NCBI GenBank assembly: GCA_023231475.1
Contig: JALJEE010002128.1
Location: 124,001 to 145,788 of the forward strand
Length of the DNA: 21,788 nt
Direction of reading: 5' to 3'
Source of the DNA: Seison nebaliae
Lineage: Eukaryota
The first letter of the stretch is position 1. Every line of letters starts with the position of its first letter. The notes under the pieces are model-generated. The model was not told the DNA's origin, made no database searches, and was given only the letters and a program-made list of their open reading frames with translations. Positions 10,585-21,788 of this stretch are shown one piece after another. The position numbers and the translations under genes are program-made.

Positions 10585-12764
10585 TTATGAAATTTTATTG
10601 GATAAATAATAATCTTCGATAATCGGTAAATGATCACTCGGATACATTTGATTGGGACAGGCAATTGATGTACTCTCTTCAATCATTTCTCTCGTCGGTT
10701 GATGATAACTTCTCACCTGAATTCCATCCGATTCATTTCTGAAAATATAATCTAATTGATGAATGAATCCTTCCGTATAATTCGTATATGGATAACGTTC
10801 ATAACATAATTTCGGTCGATAATTGATTTTTCTCATTTGTTCGTAAATTATTCGAAGGAGTTGTATATTCAACTGAAATTTTTCTTCACAAATCCTCAAA
10901 CATTCTCTCGTATCGGACAATTCGTCATTGGTGGTGTTTTTGGGGAAATTTATTAGAATCTCATAATGAACATCCTTCGAATTCATTCGACAATTCAAAT
11001 AAAAATCAGTTAACGGCAAATATGGATTTATGACGGAGGGTGATGGATTTTTTAAGTTAAATTTAAATTTCTCTATAATTTCTTCTGATAATTCGTTGGC
11101 AAAGTTGGTAGGAAGGAAATCTTCTTCTTTGAAATTTTCCGTTAAAAATTTTGTTAAAATCGATTCTGGACATGAATTATGATCGCCCATTAAAAAGTGA
11201 GTTATATTCGATAGTTTTCCATAATTTTCATGCAGATCTGAAATTTCCTTCAAAATGACCATTCCCTGAAGTAATCGAATTACATCACCAGACGGATGAA
11301 AATAGAGATGAGTATTTGACACAATAAATAATTGATCATCCTCAACGGATCTCAGTACCATAATCATTGCGACTGCACGTTGATTGAAAAAATCTTGAAT
11401 TAATTTACTGTCTAATTGTGAGAGAATTTTTGAAAATTCTTTCCAAAAATCCGATTTATTTTCTGATAATTTATCGCTTATCCGAAATTGAGTTTGTTCA
11501 AGTAATTCATATTTCTCTTTATTCCATATCATCGAAATTCCTTCTCGTACTCCGAATTTGGGAAGGAATATCGATCCGTAATTTATTCCACTAAATAATG
11601 GTGCCAATTGATCGTGATACATGGCATGATCGACTTCCTGCAACGAATAAATATCTCCTTGAAAATGAATCAATTCTTTCAATAAAATCGATTGACGATA
11701 TGTGAAATCCAAAAATTCTTTCGGACAATATGGAAATATCTTATCCGCAGTACCTTTCATTGATGTGTACATATCTGCGAGTAAATTATAAGAGACAAAT
11801 CGATGGGAGAATCTTTGGAGAAAAAATTTTGAAAAATAAATTTGAAAATAAAAAAAACTTTTCTTTCCCCAAGAAATTTTGATGACTAATTGAACATTTC
11901 TCGTAGAATTGTTCCACAACACTTTCACTGACCATTGTCAATTCATTCATATATAACTCGTTTTTGGAATCAACACAATCATCAACTGATTTCAATTTGA
12001 CGAAAACTCTTAAGGAAACTCGTTTTCCCAAATCCGATTGATAAAAGAAACATTGAGACTTTCTCGATATGATATCGGAGAATTCATCATCATGAAATAA
12101 TCTCCATTCATAACATAATTCATGAATATATTCATTAATAAATTCCGATTGAACAACAGGTATAATGGGAATATCAGTAAGAAGATTGATAGGAAGTTTA
12201 ATAAATAAAATTGTTGGGACATTAATCTTAATTTCATATAAAGTTTCTTTTTCCACTTCATTCGTTGTTGTTTCATTTTTGAATTGTTTAATTAAAAATC
12301 GATTATTTTCTTTCCAACAATCAATATTTGATGATTTTCTATCAATTACTTTATTATCTTTAGATAATAAATTTAATTGAATTTTCATGTCATTAATCGT
12401 GTTTATCGATTTCTTTTTTATTCGATTCTTCTTCATGTGAATCTTCTTATTCTCCGAAATTATCTTTTTTTCCAATCGATCAAATGTCTTTTCGATCGAT
12501 TCCGAACAATCACGATAGGTCGTGAAAGTTTTCTTCAAATCACACGCAAATTGGTAATCGAATGTCATAAACATCCGTGGACGACTGTCCTTTGTTTCGT
12601 CATTCTCAGCGATTTTAACGGAAACAAATGGATTATAATGAACGATTTGATTCGATATCATTTTAGTTAAATGTCTCAATGTAAATTGATTAACCGATGA
12701 GAGAATTGATATGAATCTTAAGAAAGAAAATTGAACGAATTTTATGCAAAATTTAGAACTTCAT
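10585..12764 (-). CDS. PDE12: 2',5'-phosphodiesterase 12 (mitochondrial CCR4/EEP-family deadenylase), about 696 aa
   Basis: Minus-strand exons 12764-12760 (ATG AA), 12716-11859, 11812-10585. EEP motifs: VSYNLLADMY, SLQEVD, NTHLYFHP, MGDHNS, YTNYTEGF..LDYIF, YPSDHLP. A long PDE12-type N-terminal region is present. The 5-nt first exon gives a transit-peptide-like MKFISILSSVNQFTLRHL and is less certain than the rest. Confidence 0.85.
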
Positions 12765-13617
12765 ATATATTTCTCCTAATTTATACTATGAATTCTTTTT
12801 AGTTGTGCAACTCACAGAATCATTTAAGCGTTTTAATTAAATTTCAAAATTTCAACAAATTTTTTTAAAATTCAATTTTTTCTTCAATTTCACATTTTTA
12901 TAATTTCCAATAAAATCTTTTGAAATTTTTATCAGTTAAATTTTATTAGTTTTGTACGATCTTTAGTTTCGATCGAGTTTCAGAAAAAGTAGAATAAATT
13001 AATTGTATCAAACAATCATTATTAAGTCTCGAAGAGAATGATGATGTTTCCATTCGAAAATGTCGAATTGTATGGAAAATGACAGCTTCTATGGTAACCA
13101 GAACAATTGACCCACTTTCAATTTTTGATTTTCTTCGTTTTCGAACTTTAGTAATAACTTATTTCCTGCCTTAGAACATGATGAATGAATAATGAAAATA
13201 TCGATAAGTTGTTAGAGATGAAATGATCGTTCATATAGGGAATCATATTTTCTCTTTTGAAAAAAAGTGGAGAGAATTATAGTTTGTATGATGAAAAATG
13301 GGAGAAAAATACTGAACAGTTCATAAAATGAATGAATCATTTCTTTCTTGGGGAAATGGAAGAGAAGACGAAAAACATCATCATCACCTAGTAGAATGTT
13401 GACGGCATAATTATCGTTGTGACGATAAGAAATGAAAAGAGAATGGACGAGAATTGATATGTCTTTATCATAACAATTTTTCAGTTTTCTTATTATGTTT
13501 GTCTCACGTTTCCATAGGAAGGAATGTTTGTTACCACAGTGATCAAACAATTAGTAGGATAAAAGAAACATGGAGAAATGATGGAAACAAACTCTCTCTC
13601 TGTGTTAGCAGGCAAGC

Positions 13618-13653
13618 TATATAAGTGGTGAAGGAACGATACAAATTTCATTC
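13618..13653 (+). promoter_or_regulatory. TATA box plus Inr-like element of beta-tubulin
   Basis: TATATAAG at 13618-13625 and TCATTC at 13648-13653, 30 bp apart. A likely 5'-UTR intron follows, with donor GTTTTT at 13742 and acceptor CACAG at 13805 or ATTAG at about 13877. Confidence 0.5.
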
Positions 13654-13890
13654 TTCATAACTAACAAATTTTATTTTCTCATCGAACTTTACATCTTCGA
13701 TATTCCAAAGCTTATTAATTTCCTTAGTACATTCTATTTCGGTTTTTTCCCATTTGTTATCTGGTGAAATGTTGTAAAGAAGATATTTTGTTTCTTTTTT
13801 CACAGTTTCTCGAAATTATATTTCTCATTCTTACAAATATTTATTGCCCTTTATCTTCTTTAAATTATTTCAATTAGAAAAATAGAATAA

Positions 13891-15252
<1,362 letters not shown>

Positions 15253-15424
15253 AAAGAACACAAACAACATACTCAACATATATTGCACAGATATCAAAAT
15301 TTTCTTTTTTAATATTGGATTAAAATTAATCTCATTAAATTTTTTTTTGGATTGATTAAATTTTTTTAACGGAAACGAATTCCATCATCATCACCATCAT
15401 CAATATTCTGTTGACGTTGGGTAA

Positions 15425-16696
15425 ATGAAAATTAAAATGAATTTTTTTGTTATGTCTCATTTCATTTCTGTTCAATTTATTTTGACTCTCTTGTTTATTG
15501 TCGACGGAATGGAAGGTCAGGAATCCAACACTTCCGTTCGGTTCGTGAACAGACCTCGTACCAAATTATTTAGGAAAGCTGAAACGGTAGTGGAAACTTT
15601 TAAAGTTCAATTTTTCAAGTTGACTGACACCTCTAACAAACGAACATTTTAAAAGAAGAAGAATACGAAGAAAAATGTCGCCGTTTCATTAAAACAATTA
15701 CCAGGAATTATTAAGAGGACGAAAATGAGAAAATCGATAAACGATCAAGAATTATTGAGATCACGTTCACGTTTATCAACAGCAACGAATACTCGTCGGA
15801 ATCAAGGTGAAAATAAGTTAATTCGATGGATCTTATTCCATACTTCTGATTTGGTGACCATTTCTTCAGGTATTAATGATTTAATGATGGAAACGGAAAA
15901 TGTTGACGGTTATATGATTCACATGAAGGAAAATCATAAATCATTAAGATATTTCATTATCGGTCTAATATTATGTACACCTAACGCCATTTTCATTGTA
16001 CCGAATGATGATTTACATCGGAAACAAATGTTACAATTAAGTGATCGAATAAAAAATTGTCAAAGGAAATCATTGAATAGTGAAGGAGATATGGAATGTG
16101 ATGAAACTTTCGAATATAATTTGACTAATATAAAAACTTGTTATAAATTAGCATTAAATCGTCGTCTTAAAACGGAAAAGATGATCAATAATGTTAACGA
16201 ATATGACTCGATCTTAACCAATCAATTAACGGGTGTTACTCACACCGAATTCTTGACAGCGATTGTTGGGAAAATGTTAAGAACGATTTTCGCTAATAAG
16301 AAAAATCGAAGTTATTCATCTCTCAGTACGAATGTGGAATTACAAATCGAACGGAAATTATCTCGTGTTAATAAAGATAAAAATGAAGACAATTCCTCTA
16401 CTACTTCCACCTCCACTTCCAGTAATGATGATTCAGAAATTTATGCAAATCGCGAAACGGAAAGTTCATTAATCGATTTAAGACATCAGAAGTTATTATT
16501 GAAATTTCGTCTAACCAAATCATTCCGTCCTCTCAATCATCATAAACGACCCATGTCAAAGAAGAATAAGGAGAATATGGAATTCTTCCATAATCTGATT
16601 ATGAACGAAGGAAATGAAAATCCCACATACTCCACCATCGATCTCGTTTCCATGAGAGTTATACAAAATAAAGTTAAAAAAATTTTTAGAAAATAA
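15425..16696 (+). CDS. Uncharacterised, probably secreted protein, about 406 aa
   Basis: ORFs 15425-15652 and 15725-16696 are in the same frame and separated only by TAA at 15650-15652. A 51-nt GTT...AAG intron (15605-15655) removes this stop. The N-terminus is hydrophobic and signal-like (MNFFVMSHFISVQFILTLLFIVDG). About 345 open codons in AT-rich DNA argue for real coding. No family recognised. Confidence 0.65.
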
Positions 16697-16929
16697 GAAA
16701 AGTTTAATTGTTCCTAAATAAAATTTATAAAGAATTTCTTCAATTTTTTCCCATAATTTTTTTCCTTTTCTCCAAATTACAAAAGAAGAATAAAAAGAAG
16801 AAATTGTGGTTGGATGAAAAGAAGAGAATGTACTGATATTAGAAAAACTGTTCAAAAATATAAATTGGCAATATTTATTTTTTATGAGAATTTTATTTTG
16901 ATGAGATTCTCCTTCTGGAATGGTTTTGT

Positions 16930-17983
16930 TCATGGGTTGAGAATTTTCTCATCATCTAACAAATTATGTTGGGGATCGTTGAGAGGTTGTTGTTGTTCAT
17001 GATCAGAATTATAATCTGATGGAGTGATATCAAGATCATGAACATTTTGATTTATATGATTCGTTCCAATTAAATTTCGATAATCGTTCGGTCTTGTACT
17101 TTTATCGAATAATTGTTGAATTCTATCAACTATTCGATCTTTTAATTCCTAAAAAATTTTTAAAATTTTCAAAATAATTTTGTAAAATTATAATTTGTGA
17201 AAAAAATGGGAGAAGAAATTCGAACAACCAAAATGGCGAAAATACTTAGCCAAAATTTATAGTGAGGAATTTGCATCCATCCCCGATGTCCATGTTGCAT
17301 TCGACGATGAATAATTCCCAGAGTCATATAAAGAAAAAATGCGATTAGAGATCTGAAAAGAAATTATTAAACTTAAAAAATTGTGAAAAATGAACGAACA
17401 AAATGAATATCCAATACATTAAAGTGCCGAATGAACTAGAAGATTTCTTTTTTTTCAATTTACATTCAACTTCGATGGAGAAGACAAATGCAGCTTCATT
17501 CTCTGTGAAAATTTCAATCGAATCCTTTTTCTACAATTTCAATTTAATATAAATCTCCTCTGAAAAATCGACTAACATAATCTCCACAAATTATTATAAT
17601 TGTTGTTGTTATTGTTACGTTGCTTGAATCTTTCACTTGTCGAATTAAAGAGAAACGCTCGACTGATTTTGGAGGGAAATATTTAGAATTTTAAAAAATA
17701 ATTCACCTTTGCCTCTCAATTGAGTGAGGGGAAAATTGCCAATAGATCGATTGACCGTTTGATTGAATTGTTGATAGACGGAAATGAGATCACTTTCTTT
17801 CTTTCGACAAATATTCAAATGATATTTGTACTTGTCAGATGAAACATCGAATGATTTATCTTTGATCGTTTCAACCAGTTTTTTCAGTTTATCATCATCC
17901 CCTTTCTGGAGACCACAATCGTCACATTTGATAAAGATGAAGAGGAATGTGAAAAATACGAAAATTTTGTGAGGAATTTCCAT
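16930..17983 (-). CDS. M6PR: Cation-dependent mannose-6-phosphate receptor-like (M6PR/ATG27 family) type I membrane protein, about 278 aa
   Basis: Minus-strand exons 17983-17707, 17662-17577, 17530-17400, 17352-17229, 17148-16930. Signal peptide, luminal YKYHLNICR...TIIIIC, and TM segment FGTLMYWIFILSLIAFFLYMTLGII. Juxtamembrane GHRGWMQIPHYKFW resembles CD-MPR GAKGMEQFPHLAFW. The tail has YRNL and a terminal acidic dileucine-like DDEKILNP. Confidence 0.8.
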
Positions 17984-18274
17984 TTGACTTCGAACGAAAA
18001 AAAAAAGAAAACAAAATTTTAATATTTAAAATAAAAATAATAAAATTAAATATTTGATGTTTCTACGCTATCCATTTTAAACGAAGTTTCTTCTTAAACT
18101 ACTCAGCTTCTTCTCTGAACTCATTTTGTTGAGATAAAGCTAAAAATTTTTGAGTTCATTGCCTATATTCCTGCCTATTTTATTTATTATTCATCTAAAT
18201 ATATCGATTTCGTCTATAAATCATATTATGTCATATTTTATCATCATATTAAATCATATAAAATTTTAGTTGTA

Positions 18275-18465
18275 AAAAATTCCTCGAAAATATAATTTAA
18301 AATTAATTTCTATGAACATTCAAACTAAAAAAAGTTCTTTGAACATTCAAATTACAAAAATTTCTCTGAAAATTTTAATTAAAATTGTTTCTCAGGAAAA
18401 ATTTCATTTTAAAAATTCCTCTGAAAATTTTTATTTAAAAAAATTTCTCTGAAAATTTTAATTTT
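18275..18465. repeat. Degenerate AT-rich minisatellite, about 27-28 bp unit, about 7 copies
   Basis: Recurring unit close to AAAAATTTCTCTGAAAATTTTAATT, for example at about 18356, 18411 and 18439, with more diverged TGAACATTCAAA-containing copies at about 18312 and 18340. Confidence 0.6.
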
Positions 18466-18763
18466 GTTAGTTTTACAAATTTTACTATTTAGGAAATTTA
18501 TTTCGGTCTAAATTGAAGTAAGTAAGAAATTTATCAAATTCAATTTTAGATCAAATTGAAGGAAGATGTAGAACAGAAGATTAGAATTAGTGAACAAATA
18601 AATAATTCGATTAGTATAAATTGAAAATAAACAATCCGCACGATAAGATCAGATGAAGCCAATGAGGAAATCATATGAACTTGACCTTTACTCATAACTG
18701 AAAGGAATTCATGTCACAAATTTCTATGTAAACAGTAAGTTGGAGTAGCTCAATGAGGATCCC

Positions 18764-18771
18764 TATAAATA
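18764..18771 (+). promoter_or_regulatory. TATA box of the ependymin-related gene
   Basis: TATAAATA lies 55 bp upstream of the ATG at 18819, with CCAAT at about 18659. Confidence 0.4.
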
Positions 18772-18818
18772 GAACGTTGGTAAAGGGGAAATTTTTATAA
18801 TAATTTTCCTTCCTCATA

Positions 18819-19458
18819 ATGACGTCAATTATTTCACTAGTAGTTTTAGCTGTTGCATTTGTAGCTTGTACCGCTCAATTGCCCAAACCATGTTACGATC
18901 CAGCCGAATTCGAGGGTCGAGTTTTCCAAATGGATCAAACTAAACAAGAATATTCAGGCGGAAGATTATCATACGATAAAGTGAACAAACGTGAACGATT
19001 CATTGAGGAAGTGAATATTAAGAAACAAAAGAATTATTATGATATTATCCGACTTCATAACGAAGATGTAGAATATGTGTTAGTATTTTCATTCAATCCA
19101 ATTTTTGAAGATTTCTTCTTTCAGATTCAATCTTGTTTCGAAACAATGCGAAAAACGACAAATAACCAAACCATGGAGAGATTGGGGTATCCCAAAGAAC
19201 GCTAGTTCATTTGGAGAAGCTTACATTGGATCATCATCGAAAGGAAAAGATGGTGTTCTTATCACAATTTGGGGAGGTAAAACTAAAGAGGGTATCTCCT
19301 ACTTCGGTGAATGGACTTATGATGATTGCATTCCAGTTCATATGTTCGCTGAGAAAAAAGCTACTGGAGAACAAGACGTAGTCTCATTCTTCGATGTCAC
19401 TTTAGGTATCCAAAATCCAAATGTCTTCATTCCACCGAAAGAATGTTGGAATTTGTGA
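18819..19458 (+). CDS. Ependymin-related protein (EPDR family), 197 aa
   Basis: Exons 18819-19078 and 19125-19458 with a 46-nt GTTAGT...TTCAG intron. Signal peptide, then PKPCYDPAEFEGR, LSYDKVNKRERF, QCEK, GIPKNAS (N-glycosylation sequon), WTYDDCIPV, FFDVTLGIQNPNVFIPPKEC. This is the four-cysteine ependymin pattern. Confidence 0.92.
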
Positions 19459-20080
19459 AGGGATTGACGTGAAATTTAGTTAATTAGAAATTCCAAAAAA
19501 TAATGTTTTCATCTTTTTAAATTTTGTGAATCAGTTATTTTTGATAAAACAATTTTCTGTTTTCTTTTTTTCTTTTTCCTTTGATACTTCTTTCGATAAT
19601 TAACTTCTGTCACTTTTATCCTTTTAAATTTCACCAAAATTTCCATTGAAAATTTCAAAAAAAATAAATTTCAACAAATTTTCCGTGGCTCTTGAATTTT
19701 TTCTTCGTCATTCGATGCCATCGTCATACATCGTATGCAATTATCGTATTTAATACAAATATTAATTAGAAATACTACTACACTATCATGAATTTAATAT
19801 AAAAGTATGAAACGTCTGTATGCATATGCAACGAAAGTATAAAAAAAATTGGTAAATAATAAATTTAATGAAAATTTTATTCCCAAAAAAATGGAAAGTA
19901 AAATTGTTAATTAAATAATAAAAGTCTTTATACTTCTTCACTTACCATCTTCCATTTCATTTATGCACGTCGTTCCTCTCAAAAAAACAATAAAAATTAG
20001 TTAATAATTAGAACTTACTATTTACCATCAGAAGCGTTATTTGTGAATAAAAATGCTTAACCAACTGTCTACATGATGAA

Positions 20081-20116
20081 TATAAAAAGAAAGAAAATCG
20101 AACAAGATAGGTCATT
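20081..20116 (+). promoter_or_regulatory. TATA plus Inr-like element of the sushi-domain gene
   Basis: TATAAAA at 20081 and TCATT at 20112 (31 bp apart), with the ATG at 20122. Confidence 0.4.
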
Positions 20117-20121
20117 GAAAA

Positions 20122-20487
20122 ATGTTCAAATTACTTTTAGTTATCATATACATCATTAGTTTGGCATCATCTGCCGCCGCAGGTTTTCATTTATCGATGT
20201 TGATTTGTTTCTGTTACTAATTCGGTTTGGCAGAAGTTTGCGAAAATTTTCCTAAGTTTGAGAAGGATGATAAAACGATACAAACAGCATATACATTAAT
20301 GTTGGAAGAAGTCAATGATAAATATTTCCCGGGAGAAGGTAGCGTCTTCAAATTTCATTGCGATGTCGGAAACAAGTTTAAACAAACCGACGATGAAAAT
20401 ATATCATATATCTGTAACGGTAAAACTGGAGAGTGGACGTCTGACAGCGTTGGAACTAATCGTCGAATGGATTGTGTTCCTGCTTAA
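20122..20487 (+). CDS. Small secreted single sushi/CCP-like domain protein, 104 aa
   Basis: Exon 20122-20182 encodes the signal peptide MFKLLLVIIYIISLASSAAA. Exon 20234-20487 follows a 51-nt GTT...CAG intron with a TACTAAT branch-like sequence. The mature part has four Cys and a Trp in sushi order: C...GSVFKFHCDVG...YICNGKTGEW...DC. Confidence 0.72.
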
Positions 20488-21084
20488 ACATCTTGAAGAT
20501 CTAAGAAATGAGTATCATCTTTTATTGTTCCGATGATATCAAAATTAGTAGAATCAACTTTGAATGAACCAAAAAACCAGAACATCAAAAAATCTTACCA
20601 ATATTGGTCTCATAATTCTCTGTTTCCCGAATAAAAAAAAATAGCTGAAAATATAAATTTTTTCTTTTCTTTGATTCAGTGACTGATGGTTAATCCTTAA
20701 CAGCCGAATCATTCGATATAACGATTAAATAACAGTCTATCTATATAACGAAACACCATTTCGGAATTCCATTATAGAAAAGATAAAGTGGATCTCCTAA
20801 ATCCGACAACCAAGTATTTCCGTATAAATAGATTTATTGCCGAGAAAGGAATCGTCCGTCGATTTAAAAGGGATAGTAAACGAAAGAGATATGTAACGTA
20901 AATTTATTTGTGGGATGCACATCTGTAGGGATTTCAACTATGTTTCTTGTAAGAAAAAGATGTCCAACTCGAGCAATACCCGTAGATCGGGAAGGAAGCC
21001 TTGAGGTTCACGGGAATTGAAAGAAAGTAATGTAGGTCCAATCAAAGATAATCGGCCTAAATAATAATTATTATTTTTAATACT

Positions 21085-21242
21085 CATAACATTCTACGTA
21101 TTCCATTTGATCATATTTATTGATCATAACATTCTAACGATCATAATTTTAAGAGAAATAAATTTAAAATTCGATTGGACACAATCGATAAATTAACAAA
21201 CTTGATTTTCTCCTATTTTTAAGACTCTAACATAACATTCTA
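21085..21242. repeat. Three dispersed direct copies of CATAACATTCTA
   Basis: Exact 12-mer at 21085, 21125 and 21231, with GATCATA repeats interleaved at about 21109, 21122 and 21139. Confidence 0.7.
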
Positions 21243-21788
21243 ACAATAAGTTATTAGACGAAAAAAAATTTTTTTTTTCATTTTAACGGTTCATTTTCCC
21301 CACGAATTATTCCGATTTCTTCAATGGTTGTTATTCCTTCCTACAAATTCACTAATTGTACATTTGAATAATTATGCACCAACTCTAGAATTCTGATGAA
21401 TGAGTTAGTCTTGATGTTGCCGAAATTCGTCATCCTTTTCTACTTGGAAAGAGTTGTTGTAATTAATCGAAGCGTAATTATTTATTAATTATTAACAACC
21501 TAATTATTAAACGAATAATTATTTATTTCAGACATGTAAAACAGACATGTTCAGACTTCACTTGGAGTGGTTCTCTAATAACAATTTTGTAAGTGCTCGC
21601 CTTTCCAAGAACAATATTTATTATGAATCATAATATTTTTTTTTTTCATTTTGATCAGCGTAAAATTCTGAGTAAAATAGGCTATATAAGTTTAGGGATT
21701 TACATATATTACAATATTATTATCTATCTTTGTCATTTTATGAAATTTAGTAAAATTTTGATCAGTTTTTCAAGATTTTCCTATACGA

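Noticed and set aside
15650..15652. In-frame TAA between two same-frame ORFs, suggesting stop read-through or an alternative genetic code
   Set aside because: It falls inside a 51-nt GTT...AAG intron of typical size, and TAA terminates NCS, FANK1, ETFDH, PDE12 and tubulin at the expected positions.
18275..18465. Periodic repeat resembling a CRISPR array or transposon end
   Set aside because: The context is eukaryotic, the units are adjacent and degenerate without unique spacers, and there is no terminal inverted repeat or transposase.
20690..21060. GC-richer block considered as a possible snRNA, such as a variant U1
   Set aside because: I could not see a U1 5' end, U1-70K or U1A loop motifs, or a convincing Sm site with flanking stems. 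An Infernal search would be needed to exclude it.

Overview
AT-rich, gene-dense animal nuclear DNA using the standard genetic code, with short introns (mostly 41-61 nt). The species cannot be determined from this window. A compact invertebrate, possibly a small spiralian such as a rotifer relative, is a guess only. Manual splicing gave ten protein-coding genes: HPS5-like (-, truncated at the left edge), a neuronal calcium sensor (+), full-length FANK1 with FN3 and ankyrin domains (-), ETFDH (+), PDE12 (-), a beta-tubulin with an intronless CDS (+), an orphan secreted protein (+), a cation-dependent mannose-6-phosphate-receptor-like protein (-), an ependymin-related protein (+) and a small secreted single-sushi protein (+). 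The main signal is in splicing. Of 31 reconstructed coding introns, 30 start GTT, one starts GTG and none starts GTA. So +3 U is almost invariant while +5 G occurs in only 13 of 31, and 8 of 31 acceptors end in AAG. This suggests a lineage with altered 5' splice-site recognition. Secondary observations: a possible internal promoter giving an ankyrin-only FANK1 isoform, RFX X-box-like motifs, a head-to-head M6PR/ependymin pair with a degenerate M6P-binding site, probable 3'-end overlaps between convergent genes, and an insertion in the PDE12 catalytic domain. All gene models are hand-built without transcript data, and homolog comparisons are from memory.
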